DNA of 64,000 nt. It comes from Octopus vulgaris. Taxonomy: Eukaryota. The DNA is taken from contig OX597817.1 in NCBI GenBank assembly GCA_951406725.2, forward strand, positions 80,104,001 to 80,168,000. The letters are read 5' to 3'. The notes under the pieces are model-generated. The model did no database searches, was not told the DNA's origin, and worked only from the letters and a program-made list of their open reading frames with translations. The position numbers were made by a program, and so were the translations under genes. Positions 13,733 through 27,073 of the stretch are shown here, piece by piece (within the stretch, counting starts at the first letter, position 1; every line of letters starts with the position of its first letter).

Positions 13733-14400
13733 ATACAGGGGTTGGACAAAATAATGGAAACACCTTATAATTTCAAACAAGTTTATTTTAATATGGGGTA
13801 AGAACTCAAAGTTTGAATAATTTCCAAAGGAATTTTTGTCCATTCTTCAGCTAAAACAGTCTCCAGTTCTTGTAGTGATGATGGTGGAGGATATCGACTC
13901 CTTACTTGGTTTTCTAAAATGCACCATAAATGTTCAATAATATTGAGATCTGGAGACTGTGGTGGCCAGATAAGATGTTCAACTTCACTAGAATGTTGCT
14001 CATGCCATTCAGTAATAACTTTAGCTGTGTGAATCGGTACATTATTATCCTGAAAGATTGTGTTTCCCTCCAGAAACAGTTTAACAACTATAGGATGAAT
14101 TTGATCAGATAAAATGCATAAATAGTCTTGACTATTAATTCTGCCATGAGGGAAGCCATTGGGCCAGATGATTTCCAAGATACAATTACAGATCCTCCTC
14201 CATGTTTAACAGTTGGGTCAAATGCTTCTTTTGGCTGTCTCCACATGTATACTTGGCCGGTAAAGATGACTCGTCTGAGAAAATAACATTCTTCCACTGT
14301 TCTAGGGACCAATTCTGTAGGTTTTTACTCCACTCTAAATGCTTTGGTATTCAAGTACTATTTTTCACACTTTGTTTTGCACTTTTGTGCTAACCTGTGT
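13733..14400 (-). mobile_element. Tc1-family DNA transposon relic (DDE C-terminus plus one TIR)
   Basis: TVKHGGGSVIV, IFQDNNVPIHTAK and WPPQSPDLNIIEHLW motifs; TA-CAGGGGTTGGACAAAATAATGGAAACACC terminus at 13733. Confidence 0.85.
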
Positions 14401-14401
14401 G

Positions 14402-14435
<34 letters not shown>

Positions 14436-15034
14436 CATTGGTTATGACCAGTCAGAAAGTTACCATTGGTTTCATATTTATTATTGCTTTTAGCAAAATA
14501 GGAGGCCTATACAACATGTTGGGTGGAGGCACATAACCTTTTTATGACTAGTACTACGAATAGTCCTGGTCAACCAGAGTAGTTTAAAAAGCCCCTGAAA
14601 TGAAATTATGTGTGTGTGTTTGTGTATCTGTGTTCATCTCCCCGCCACTGGTTGAAAACCAGTGTTGGTTTGTTTGCGTCTCCTAAACATAGCGCTTCAG
14701 TAAAAGAGACTGATACAATAAGTACCAGGCTTAAAATATTAGTCCTGGTGTTGATTCAGTCAACCAAAAATTCAAGGAGGTGCCTCAGCATGTTCACAGT
14801 CTAATGCCTGAAAGATATAAAAGAATAAATGAATAAAAGAAAACATATATATATACAACAAGTAAAGGCATGGCTGTGTGGTTATGAACTTTGCTGAATG
14901 AAATGGTTTCAGGTTCAATCCTGTTGCATGGTACCTTGTTGCATTATAGCCCTGAGTCAACAAAACACGAATGGATTCGGTAGAGAGAAACTGAAAGAGC
15001 CCATTGTATATGTATACATATGTGAGACAACAGT

Positions 15035-15410
15035 GCTGGTATGGTCATGTGGTGAGAATGGATGAAGATAGCTGTGTGTAAAAGTGCCACACCCTAGCGG
15101 TTGAGGGAACCTGTGGAAGAGGTAGTCCCAGAAAGACCTGGGATGAAGTGGTGAAGCACAACCTTCAAACATTAGGCCTCACCGAGGCAATGACTAGTGA
15201 TCGAGATCTTTGGAAATATGCTGTGCTTGAGAAGACCCGACAAGCCAAAACCAGCCCACTTGTGCATACCTTTCTTTCATTGGACACTAAACTCTGATTG
15301 CAAAGACCTGTTGAGGCAAGTGAAATTGAAATCAAATTCAATGACTAGCATCCATGCTAGTGAAGCGCTAAAACCATCATCTGAGTGTGATCATTGCCAG
15401 AGCAGCTAAC
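15035..15410 (+). mobile_element. Degenerate RTE LINE 3' fragment
   Basis: gttgagggaacctgtggaagaggtag.cccagaaagacctgggatgaagtggtgaagcac matches the reverse complement of 5510-5580. Confidence 0.7.
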
Positions 15411-15419
15411 TGGTGATAA

Positions 15420-15482
15420 TGCTGATGATGATAGCAACGATGACGATGATGGTGGTGGTGGTGGTGATGATGATGATCGTGG

Positions 15483-15534
<52 letters not shown>

Positions 15535-15590
15535 GGAGAAGATAGTGTTGGTGATGTTGATGATGATGATGATGAATATGGTGATGTGAA
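15420..15590. repeat. (GAT)n/(GGT)n trinucleotide repeat
   Basis: Direct observation; it is the source of the poly-D and poly-S ORFs. Confidence 0.9.
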
Positions 15591-16108
15591 TAACAAGTTT
15601 TGTACTTCTGAGGTTAATTCTATGGATTTGTTTTTATTGTTTGATAGAGTGAAAGTTGTTGCTTTTCTATCTTTTCACAAATTACAAACCTCCATCAAAC
15701 AACAAGAACAAGATATATCATTGCCAATTTTTTTCTTCTTACCTTGACATTTCTTCTAAAAATGTTTCTAATATAGTTATAAAAAAAAAAAACAGAGAGA
15801 AGACTATCAGGGCAGAGAGGAGACCTAAAAAAGGTTTTTAAATAACGACAAAAATAGATTACAATATAAACATTAAAAAACAAACAAAAAAAATAATAAC
15901 AACAATAACAACGAAAATACCAATTTTTTTTTAAATAATGAAGGCAATAAAAAATTATATGACACCATAAGGAAAAAAGCAGAACACAAAAGCAAAGAAC
16001 TGGAAAAGTTAAGAGAGATAAGTGAAACAAGGTAAGGGATCTGTACGTTGATATATATGCGTGTGGATGTATGTTGGATGGAGCAGGGGAAAAAATGGAA
16101 AATATATG

Positions 16109-16150
<42 letters not shown>

Positions 16151-16789
16151 TCAACGAAAACAGATGTGTTATAGTAAAAGTGTAAGATAAAATGAGAAAA
16201 TTTTAAAAAATTAAAAAACTATAACATATTTTGTAATATATTGTGAAGATGTCTTGTGCAAAGTATGTCAGGAAAAACAAAAACAAAGTGATATCTGTAT
16301 ATATATATATATATATATACAAATATACAAATATACAAATATATAAATGTATACATATATATATGCACACATTCATGCATACCTACATAGGTACATATAT
16401 GTATATATATCAAGGAATGAGATAAACCAACGTTATAACATATGCACTTTAAACTTTGGAAGAGGTGCACCTGGATCAATGGGGGCTACATTGGGACCAT
16501 GAATAAAATATAACCACAAGTACCCTCATTAGAACGACAATCACTATATCATAAACACAATGGCCTTTGGAAGAGACCCACCTAAACCACCCCGACCACA
16601 CAGAACCCCAACAGGACCACAACATAAAGGCAACTACAGCAGACCCCTTCCTCAACACACTCACCATTAAAAACGACCCTACAATACCCACTCAAAATAG
16701 ACCAGGAACAAATATCAACTACACTCAAGGTAACTTATCATTTTTTTGCACGAGGTCAGAAATACCAGGACACACGTTGGCTCCCCCAC

Positions 16790-17800
16790 TATACTAGGAA
16801 CCAAAGGTAATTAACCTTTATAAAAAAGAACCATTAACTGACACGCCAAATAGAAATTCTAAGTAAGGGATTGAAGCTTACACCTACACCACAAAGGCTA
16901 ATCTTCCCCGAACTGAAAAATGACATTGCAGAATTCTGCCAAAAAAATCAAGCTGGCCGAATACTCCACCAACAACTCTAATGATGAAGACGAAACACTT
17001 GCCAGAATCAAAAGCAATTTTTCCCCAAATAAAATTTCAAATAAAACACTAGATTCCTACTGCAAATACATTATGAAATTTCCATTTGAAAAAATTGAAC
17101 ACAGAAACATTAAATCAAACTTTACAAAGCATGAATGGAAGAACGTACTGGACTTACAAGAAACTACGAATATAACTATCAAAGAAGCTGAGGAAGGGAG
17201 CACTGTCGTAATCATGGACACAAACTACTATAAAGTCCACATATAAAGGGAACGCATCAAACTCAACATTCCTTTTAATCTAACAAAACGAATTTGTACC
17301 ATAGTGTCAGAACCATCCAAACATGAACCAAGACTAGAGGAACTGAAGCCTTCCCTCCTGGTATAATCACCAATGGAATAACAAAGGCAAAACAAATGGG
17401 TATCAATGAACTTAGGAAAACAAAAGAAGGAAAGACGTCTTACCATGTATGTCAACCTTCAATCACAGTAGAACCGAAATATTTGATCACATCCACAAAA
17501 AACCTCCCCATTTTATTTGCAGATGAAAAGATAAAAAAAATCTTATGAAAACAACAAATCATCAAAAGCTAAAGGCAATCCCAAACACTAAAACTCATTC
17601 TCAGTGGAGCAAAAACACACAAAGAAACCCCTAACCCAACTGTCATTAAATACAGAACAAACTACGGCACTTGCCCTTACCTAATTCAGGGTCTCTGATG
17701 ATGGAGTACCCAGTATATGGAAATGTTGGACCATCACCTGGGATATCTCAGAAACAGCTGTAAGGCATTAATTACGTCTACTTCTCTATTTTTTGCTTTA
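16790..17800 (+). mobile_element. Degenerate, internally deleted Penelope-like element
   Basis: ITIKEAEEGSTVVIMDTNYY resembles the PLE IK.ADKG..VVIMD..Y motif and is followed directly by sequence encoding KLNIPFNLTKRICTIVSE, which matches the element at 7747-8739; ctgatga...gaaac motif at 17695-17756. Confidence 0.6.
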
Positions 17801-17879
17801 TTAACTTTAATTAAATATTCTAAAAGAAAGACCCGAGATACTCGTCCTGCTTTAGATTTCTTGTCCATTTTCATTTGAT

Positions 17880-17914
<35 letters not shown>

Positions 17915-17924
17915 GTTAATCTAA

Positions 17925-18105
17925 ACATGAAAACACAACAACGCGAGGACGTGGAACAAGTATAGTATTATCGGACGCTCAAGAAAGAAGGAAAGAAGGA
18001 GGTTTTAACGTTTCGAGCGGGGCGCTTCGTCAGAAACATAGGAAAAGGAAAGATCCAAAGAAGGGAAGACGGAGGAAAAAAATCGCCAACGGTACATACG
18101 CGATA
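17925..18105 (-). mobile_element. Penelope-like terminal-repeat fragment with a minimal hammerhead-like motif
   Basis: The minus strand reads tttCTGACGAagcgccccgctcGAAACgtta at ~18003-18036. Confidence 0.5.
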
Positions 18106-18244
18106 TATACATGTGTGTGTAGGGAGGACATACTGCCATAAAACCCATGCCAAAACAGACAGTGGAGCTTGGTGCAGTCCTCTGTGAAACCATCCACTAC
18201 AAGACGGCATGGAAGACTGACATTAAACGATGATGATGATGATG

Positions 18245-18375
<131 letters not shown>

Positions 18376-19242
18376 GAGGCCAAATTAAGTTGTTGATGGT
18401 AAAATGTAATAGAGTTTGACAGATATATGAGTGGTGATAATAGTGTAATAGACTGATTAACGATGGAAGGATACTCTTAATAGTCGTAGTTGCTATGATA
18501 ATGGATATGATGGGGATCTTGGTAGCAGTGATGGTAGTGGTAGCGGAACCATTGTGGTGATGGATGCTGTGATGGTACTAGTTATGATGTTAATGTAGGA
18601 AGTTGTTCTTATTGCTTAGTTCCATGTCAAAGGTGACTTAGGAGGCCTCTACGATCAAAGATAACACAGCTTAACAAAATCTTTGATTTAATTTTGTCTT
18701 TGGTCAGTGAATTATCTTCTGTTTGCTTCTACTTAGTAATCAAAGGAAATTACTCCTATTCCCTTCAAATTTTGCTTTTCTGACCTAGACATCAATGTTT
18801 TGAAACTGACATACTTTCCATTACATTTCGGACAAGTTCAGTGCTGAGTTGCCGAAGCAGAAATATTGTTATAGCAAATATTCTGCTCATTACCACAGTT
18901 TTGCTTGCCATTTGCTTGACCTTAGCTATTTGAGCATGTGCCTTAGTGGCTGACAATACGTACATCTCTGATCACAAGCTATGAGCTGAGAGGGATTCTT
19001 TGGGGATTTGAATAAATGTATCAAAAGCAAAATCTGGAGAAAATATTATCCATTTTGCATACTTTCTAGGGGTAAGCAAATAGGGGATAACAATTGCTAC
19101 CCAAGGACAAAAGTTGCGTTACACAGTGTAATAACCATGTTTGCCCAATGTGCTTTCTATGTATAAGGAACTCAGTATCGGAACGAAATTATCCAATGTA
19201 ATTTCTTTTTAAAGACTGTAGGGTGTATTTTGAGAGAGATTC

Positions 19243-19449
19243 ACTCTTTACTTGTTTCAGTCATTTGACTGCGGCCATGCTGGAGCACTGCCTTTAGTCG
19301 AGCAAATTGACGCCAGGACTTATTCTTTGGAAGTCTAGTACTTATTCTATCAGTATCTTTTGCCGAACCACTAAGTTATGGGGACGTAAACACAACACAA
19401 TCGGTTGTCAAACGATGTTGGGGGACAAACACAGACAAATATATACACA

Positions 19450-19506
<57 letters not shown>

Positions 19507-19662
19507 CGGGCTTCTTTCAGTTTCCATCTACCATATCCACTCACAAGGATTTGGTCGGCCCGAGGCTATAATAGAAGACACTTGCCCAAGGTGTCACGCA
19601 GTGGAGATGAACCCGGAACCATGTGGTTGGTAAGCAAGCTACTTACCACACAGCCACTCTGT
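19243..19662 (-). mobile_element. SINE family 1, near full length
   Basis: ttttacttgtttcagtcatttgactgcggccatgctggagcac...ggtaagcaagctacttaccacacagccact, with an uninterrupted head. Confidence 0.85.
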
Positions 19663-19982
19663 CATTTCTAGCATTTATCATCATTTTTCAATGTAGTTGA
19701 GCAACCAATCCCAATCAATGGCATTCACAGTACCGAATTCAAAACGTGACTCACTAGGCTTCTGTTTAGGGGATTTTCCACAGTCGTTATCTCATCCTGG
19801 AGGTGATATTCCCCAGTCGCTATCTTATCCTTGGCATAAAAAAAAGGGTTCGGTATCTCGGACTACATTGAGTAAAGTAACTCTAGATACCCAATGCTGG
19901 ATGAATGTTTGAGACTGAATATTCTCAGTATGTATATGCAGCCTGTGAGTAAAATATCGATCAAATCGAGGGGTAGAATCAT

Positions 19983-20414
19983 TACTCTCTTTTACTTGTT
20001 TCAGTTATTTGACTGCGGCCATGCTGCAGCACCACCTTTAGTCGGATCAAATCGACCCCAGGACTTATTCTTTGTAAGCCTAGTACTTATGCTATCGGCC
20101 TCTTTTGCCGAACCGCTAAGTTACGAGGACCTAAACACACCAGCATCGGTTGTCAAGCGATGTTGGGGGGGACAAACACAGATACACAACATATACACAC
20201 ACATACATATATACACACATATATAAGTATATATATATATACATATATACGACGAGCTTCTTTCAGTTTCAGTCTACTAAATCCACTCACAAGGCTTTGG
20301 TCGGCCTGAGGCTATAGTAGAAGACTCTTGCCCAAGGTGCCACGCAGTGGGACTGAACCCCTAACCATGTTGTTGATAAGCAAGCTACTTACCACACAGC
20401 CACTCCTACGCCTA
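19983..20414 (-). mobile_element. SINE family 1, full length
   Basis: Same consensus; uninterrupted head aagcaagctacttaccacacagccactcctacgcc. Confidence 0.85.
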
Positions 20415-23214
20415 TTATTAACATTGCTAAACAGTTTGTCATGAAGAAATGACGACATGGGCAGTGGTTAGTAGGAAACTGCTTCAAGAAATAAGGGCCA
20501 AGCTACTGAGATTTCTTGGGCGTATGATGAGGAAAGAGGGCATGGAGAATTTAACGATGACCAGGAGGATTGAAAGGGAAAAACAGAGAAAAGAGAAAGA
20601 TGATATGGATATCAAGCTAGACCAACTTGTTGGAAGAAAGGGGCATTCTGCTTTATAACCGGTGATGGTTTGCTTATGTCTCCACAACCCAGTAACTTAG
20701 CGGCTTGGCAAAAGTACAAGACATTTTTTTGTTTAAAGAAAAAAAGCACTAGGGTTGATTTGTTTGAACACGATCCTTCAAGGCGATACCCCAGTATGGC
20801 TGCAATCCAATGACTGAACCAAGTAAAAGGTAAAAAATAAAAAGATAAAGATAAGTTAACGTAATTATCTAAAGTACTCTATTTATGAAGTATCTAGTGA
20901 ACAAAATTCTACATCTCCGCTCGTGCCGCATTCTTAACGAGAATATATTTCCATATCATTGAAAATTTATCAGAAGTAAACTAATTGAAAACAGTTTATT
21001 TCTAAAATTTTAATTAAAATTTTTAATTTTAACTATTAATCAATTTTCGGAAATTTTTGCATTTTCTCCCTCTCTTCACCCGTTCCCTGTGCACACTTTC
21101 CATCTCTCTAAATATTACTCTCAACCTCTGTCTGTTCAACCACCGCCACCTTTTTTTCTCTCTCACTCCCATACTCTTATAAATTTTCACAGACACCCAC
21201 AAAGTAGTAGATAGGGTCATGCGCTGTAACAGGGCATCACTGCATCCACCGTTTGTTGGTGATTCCCTACTTCTGGCGGATGACACCTTTGCCCCGCTCA
21301 GGCGACAATCCTCCAAACCATGGGTTTGTTTGGGTAGTTGCTGCTGTTGAGGGTTTTACGAGATCGTAGTGCAAATCCTACCGCAACCTCTTTTATTCGC
21401 CTTCCACGGCACGCCGAGGAAACGTTGAGCCTACTTTTTGGCATGCTGGTCCCCACACAGCACTCGAGCAACATGAAATCAAGTGTTTCCGGTCCTGGAA
21501 TCGAACCCGTGATCTGGTGATCGTGATTGCAACACACTAACCCCTGGGCTGCGCGCCTTCACATACATGTATTTATACATCTACTTACATACAAACATGC
21601 ACATGCACATACAGGTGTCGATGTGTAAAAACGAAGCTCATTGTGCAACCAGGTACCTTCGGATTCAGTCCCATCGTGCACCATCTTAGGCAAGTACCTT
21701 TTTACGATAACTCTGGGCCGAATAATGTCATGTGAGTGAATTTGGTGGATGGAAAATGTATGGAAGCACTTCGAAAATATGTGTGTGCTGTGTGTGTCTG
21801 TGTGTGTGTGTGCATATATATATGGATGGATGCATGAATGCATGGATGTGAGAAGCGCATAGATTAGTGGCCTGGGTATTCGACTCGCGATCGTAACGTC
21901 GTGAGTTCGATATCTCTTTCTTATTTCAGTCATTTGAGTGTGGCCAAGCTGGGGCATTGCCTTGCAGAGTTTTATTCGAACAAATCGACCCTAGTGCTTA
22001 TGTTTTGAAGCCTGGTATTTATTCTATCGGGTTCTTTAGCCGAACCGCTAAGTGCATTGTGTCCTTGACGAAGACACTTTATTTCATGTTGCTCTAGTCC
22101 ACTCAGCTGGCAAAAATATATTGTACTTGTAATTCAAAGGGCTAGCTTCGTCGCACTTTGTGATATGCTGACTCTCCCTGTGAACTACGTTAATGGTACC
22201 TGTGTTTGTGGAGTGCTCTACCACTTGCACGTTAATTTCACATGCAGGTTGTCCCGTTGATTAGATGAACTGGAACACATGTGGTCGTAAGCGACCGGGA
22301 GCCGAGCCAGGCAATCAAATCACATATGTATGCTAATGTATATATGTATGTGTGTAGATATGTGCCTGTGTGTTTGTTTGTCTTTTGATTGTGGCCATCC
22401 TGGAACGCCGCTTCCAAGGGTTTCATTGAACAAATGGAGTCCAGTATTTATTTTTAAAGCCTGGCATTTATTCTATCGGCCTCTTTTTGCTGAACCGCAA
22501 ATTCATGAGGATTTAAACAAACAAACACCGGTTGTTGAGTAGTGGTGAGGGACAAACACAAACACACATAGATACATGTATAAACATATATATGTGAACG
22601 ATGAGCTTCTTTCAGTTTCCGTCTCTTCAAATCCACTCACAGTGCTTTGGTCTGCCCAGGGCTAGAAGCGAACTTCTTAACACACTACTACTCCTGCGCC
22701 TAATGTGTATCTAGCATTTATATTTGCTTGTTAATAAGCTTTCGAATAACAATGTCCAAGTCATAAGCGGCCTTGATGAACCTGCTAATTAAGCAACGGT
22801 GTACATATCACCGTACATACCCTTAAGATATTATTGACAGCAAACACATTATAACTCTTTGAGGGTTTGAGAGCTTTGGTAAATGCCTGTAAAATATATC
22901 AGAAAATCGATAAACGTTCTTCAAAGGCAGTACTGAAATATAATAGAATTCTGTTATTGTAATTTGTAGAAATTTGTTACAGATACTAACATTTTATTTA
23001 TCGAGAGGAAATATAAAATTGCGAAGTTATAATAGATGTATGATGGATTTAAGGAAGGCAGAGTAATATATTCGTTTCAAATCTTGGTACTAGCCAAAAA
23101 CTTTGTGGGACGGGGTACGTCAAAAAACTTGTGTTGCACTTATATTATTGATCCCGAAGGAATGAAAGGTAAAGTCGACTTCAGAACGAAGGCAATGTAA
23201 TATACTGATTTTAA

Positions 23215-24122
23215 ATTTTGACTCAAGGCCAGCAATTTCGGGGGAGAGGATAAGTTAATTACATTGGCCCGATTACATTGACCCCAGTGCTCAACTGGTA
23301 ATTATTATATCGACCCAGAAAGGATGAAAGGCAAACACAACTTCGGTGGAATTCGAACTCATAACGTAAAAATGGACGAAGAATTTTGCCCGGCGTGCGA
23401 AAGATTCTGCCAGTTCGCCGTTTTAAGACAATGTAATATATTAACTGCAAACAACCACTTTCAGGTAATTTATTCATCTAACATGCAAACAATTACTCTC
23501 AGATAATTTATTCATCTAATATGCACATTATATTGGGATGTAGTTAATTTAAGCCAACGCTAGCTTTAACAACACTTTTGGGTGCCTTCAGCAGAATTCA
23601 AACAAACAGTTGGAACTGAACTCTGGTCTGAAGATAACTCATTCTCTTCGCGTCGCTAGTCTCAGATGTTTGAGAAAGTATTGAATGATATCAATATTAG
23701 TTTCAAATTTTGGTAGAAGGCTAGCGATATTAGGAGAGGGGCTAAGTCGATTATATCAACTCCAGTGCTCAACTGGTATTCATTTTATCGACGCCAAAAG
23801 GATGAAAGGCGAAGTCAACCTCGGTGGAATTTGAACTCAGAACATGAAGTCGAACGAAATGTCGCAAGTATTTTACCCGGCATGATTACGATTTTGCCAA
23901 CTCACCGCTTATAACACTAGTTTCAAATTTTGGCACAAGGCTACAAATTTCTAAGTCGATCACATTGAACTCAATGCTTGACTGGTATTTATTTTATTTT
24001 ATCAATCCCGAAAGGATGAGCGACAAAATTGATCTCGGTGGAATTTGAACTCAGAACATAAAAACAGACAGAATGCTACTAAACATTTTGCCTGGTGTGC
24101 TAACGATTCTGCCAGCTCACCA
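23215..24122 (-). mobile_element. Cluster of three SINE family 2 copies
   Basis: Repeated tttcaaattttgg...aactggt...aaaggatgaaaggc...ggaatttgaactcagaac at ~23215, ~23700 and ~23920. Confidence 0.7.
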
Positions 24123-24149
24123 TCCAAGGGATTGATACCTTCTTTTATC

Positions 24150-24352
24150 ATCTCTTTCTTGTTTCAATCATTTGAGTGCGGTCAAGCTGGGGCATTACCT
24201 TGAAGAGTTTTAGTCGAACAAATCGACCCTAGGGCTTATTTTTTGAAGCCTGGTATTTATTCTATCAGTTTCTTTAGCCAAACCGCTAAGTTATAGAGAC
24301 GTAAACACACTAACACCGGTGGTGGAAGACAAACACACACAAAAACACACAC

Positions 24353-24390
<38 letters not shown>

Positions 24391-24545
24391 GACGGGCTTC
24401 TTTCAGTTTCCGTCGACCACACCCACTTACAAGGATTTGGTAGGCCCGAGGCTATAGTAGAAGACACTTGCCCAAGGTTTTACGCAGTGGGACAGAACCC
24501 GGAACCATATGACTGGGAAGCAAGCTTCTCGCCACACACCTGCAC
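24150..24545 (-). mobile_element. SINE family 1 (older variant)
   Basis: cttgtttcaatcatttgag...gacgggcttctttcagtttccgtc...gaagacacttgcccaagg. Confidence 0.7.
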
Positions 24546-24640
24546 CTATTAGTCTATTAATATATTCAAATTTCTTATGTTCATAATAAGGCAGCATTTA
24601 GCGACACGTAAATCGATAGTTACATCATGGAAATTAATGA

Positions 24641-24839
24641 TTACTCTCTTTTACTTGTTTCAGTCATTTAACTGCGGCCATGCTGGAGCACCGCCTTTAG
24701 TCGAGCAAATCAACCCCGGGACTTATTCTTTGTAAGCCCAGTACTTATTCTATCGGTCTCTTTTTGCCGAACCGCTAAGTGACGGGGACGTAAACACATC
24801 AGCATCGGTTGTCAAGCAATGCTAGGGGGACAAACACAG

Positions 24840-24874
<35 letters not shown>

Positions 24875-25015
24875 CGACAGGCTTCTTTCAGTTTCCGTCT
24901 ACCAAATCCACTCACAAGGCATTGGTCGGCCCGAGGCTATAGCAGAAGACACTTGCCCAAGATGCCACGCAGTGGGACTGAACCCGGAACCATGTGTTTG
25001 GTTAGCAAGCTACTT
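24641..25015 (-). mobile_element. SINE family 1, 3' portion (host of array A)
   Basis: Follows the SINE1 consensus up to ggttagcaagctactt, where it is interrupted. Confidence 0.9.
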
Positions 25016-27073
25016 TATTTCATTTAATTTGCCACAAGGGCAGCACAAAGAGTAGCTACGGGCTGGACAAGGACATTAATGGATGATGGTGGTGATTGAT
25101 GAATATGGTGATGGGAGAAGTCAGAAAGCGCCCGCCGACTTTTGCTTCTCTAAAACAATGTTTTTTTTTTTTTTTTCAATATTTTACAAAATTTCAAGAA
25201 TTACAAAAATTTCAAAAAATTCCAAAAAATTTTTCACAAAAATTTTAATTAGCAATTTACACTTTTAAAAGTCTCTTCAGAGGCAATAAACCTCTGTCAC
25301 AATGTAACACAATTACAATTTTACGTTACCTGATCGATGAACTCTCTTGCTTTAATGACGCAATCGTCCATCGTCAGGCTTCCGCATACAGGTATGACTT
25401 GCAAGAGATCCTCCGGGAAAGAATTCTCGATCCTGCACATATCATTTTCGAGTAGGACCTCTGCAGCCAGCTGCGAAGGCCACTCGGGATACTCCATGCA
25501 GGACCGAAGTCCCTCCCATTCGTTTCTCTTCCTCCTCTTACGTATTTCATTTTCTATAGTGCCTCCTTTATGGAAGAGGACTACGTAAAATTTCTCCGGC
25601 ATCACAATCGCCGGAGGACACATGGGAGACGCCCTCTGGGTGTTACAGTCCGCTGGTGGCGTTCCGTTCCTCTTTTTCTTTTTACGCTGGGCCTCGGGAG
25701 GTTGAGGTTCCGGTGCTATACGCACCGGGTCCTCTTTTTCTTCCGCAGCCTCCGGTTCCTTTTGTGGGTCGCCATTGCTCCCCACTCTTCTTTTTCTTTT
25801 GGAGGAGGATTTTTCCCCCTCCTCACTTTGTTTCTCTCCCTCCATTGGTGGGGCAGGGAGAGGCTCTGATATTAACTTCTCCAGGATCCTACTCTGGTTC
25901 CTGGGGCAGTTTTTCTTAATGTGGCCGGTCTCCGAACACAGGTGACACTTTGGAGCGCGTCCCTCAAGCATCACCGGATACTTGGACCCGGCCATCTTCA
26001 GGAAGTCCGGCAAAACCAGACTCTTGGCCGACTGGGTCCACAGTGTCAAAGTAGCCTTTGCCCTTTTCCAGTTAGCCGCAGGCTGCATTCTCACGTTTAG
26101 GATCTTGGCGCTACCACTACTCAGACCCCGGCGGATGGAATCTTCCACCCACTCGGGCTCAAAGCCGGGCGGCAGGCCGCAGACCCATAAACGTATCAAT
26201 TTTTCCCCCCTATAGCTTGGGAGAAACAGAATCTCTTCGCCCTCAATGGGCCTACTCGCGAAATCGCAAGCTGCTTTAGGGGAGTCAAACAGCAACCAAA
26301 TCGTTGCGTATTTGGCTCCCCGTTGAATATGTTTAACGGCTGGCATATAGTCTGCCAGCTCGTTCATAATTGTGTCTTTCGGAAAGACCATTATGGTGTC
26401 GAGTGACTTCGAATATGTCCTCAGCACCACTGTCTTTTCCTCAAGTTCGTTCAAATATTTTTTGGGAGGTGTTAATTCCCACACTGTGAAATTCCTTGCC
26501 ATAACGTAAAAAAAGCAGTTCAAGATGTTACAAAATAAATTAGACACAGAAAGGAGAATGAAAAAGGCAACAGAAGGGAAGAAATAAAGTTAAAATGGCA
26601 GTTCAAAAAAAGTTCTTTTTTTTTTTACAAATGAATGATAGACGGAGAAAGAGAGTTCAAATCAGGCAAAGGAATTAATTTTTCTTTTTTTTTTGTTCAC
26701 TTTTTCGGCCAAAAATTGTATTCCAGGCCAAGTATATGGTTGGTACAACACCTTGGTAAATAATCCTTGGTAAATCCGTGGATAACACAACGACAATTTC
26801 AAAAATAATTTTTGTAGACGGAATACGCCGCCTCAAAAACACAATTTTCTTCACACCCGACAACAGGCAGAAAAATTATATCCGGAGCAAAGTGGAGCCT
26901 TATTATCTGCTAAAAAATATTTAATGCTAAAAAACATTAATGCAAGTAATAAAACTTCACTTCGCTCACAAAAATACAAAATTCCTACCTTTAGTCGAGT
27001 CGAAAGTTCAATATTTCACGTTGAAACAACGTGGCAACCGGAGCAGCAAAATAACACGTCCGAACAGTTCAGA
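25016..27073 (-). mobile_element. ORF1-only non-autonomous non-LTR retroelement, family A copy 1
   Basis: Single Gag/ORF1-like ORF, A-rich 3' end, one 5' monomer, flanked by ggttagcaagctactt at 25000-25015 and 27074-27089. Confidence 0.8.
25321..26502 (-). CDS. Tx1/L1-type ORF1 (Gag-like) nucleic-acid-binding protein, 393 aa from MARNFTVW; CCHC zinc knuckle
   Basis: Intact ORF with EGRAPKCHLCSETGHIKKNCP (C-X2-C-X4-H-X4-C), an RRM-like N-terminal half and basic NLS-like tracts; start chosen by alignment with copies 2 and 3. Confidence 0.8.
   Translation of the reverse strand: MARNFTVWELTPPKKYLNELEEKTVVLRTYSKSLDTIMVFPKDTIMNELADYMPAVKHIQRGAKYATIWLLFDSPKAACDFASRPIEGEEILFLPSYRGEKLIRLWVCGLPPGFEPEWVEDSIRRGLSSGSAKILNVRMQPAANWKRAKATLTLWTQSAKSLVLPDFLKMAGSKYPVMLEGRAPKCHLCSETGHIKKNCPRNQSRILEKLISEPLPAPPMEGEKQSEEGEKSSSKRKRRVGSNGDPQKEPEAAEEKEDPVRIAPEPQPPEAQRKKKKRNGTPPADCNTQRASPMCPPAIVMPEKFYVVLFHKGGTIENEIRKRRKRNEWEGLRSCMEYPEWPSQLAAEVLLENDMCRIENSFPEDLLQVIPVCGSLTMDDCVIKAREFIDQVT

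Noticed and set aside
15394-15747. Acidic poly-Asp ORF
   Set aside because: A (GAT)n repeat next to an RTE fragment.
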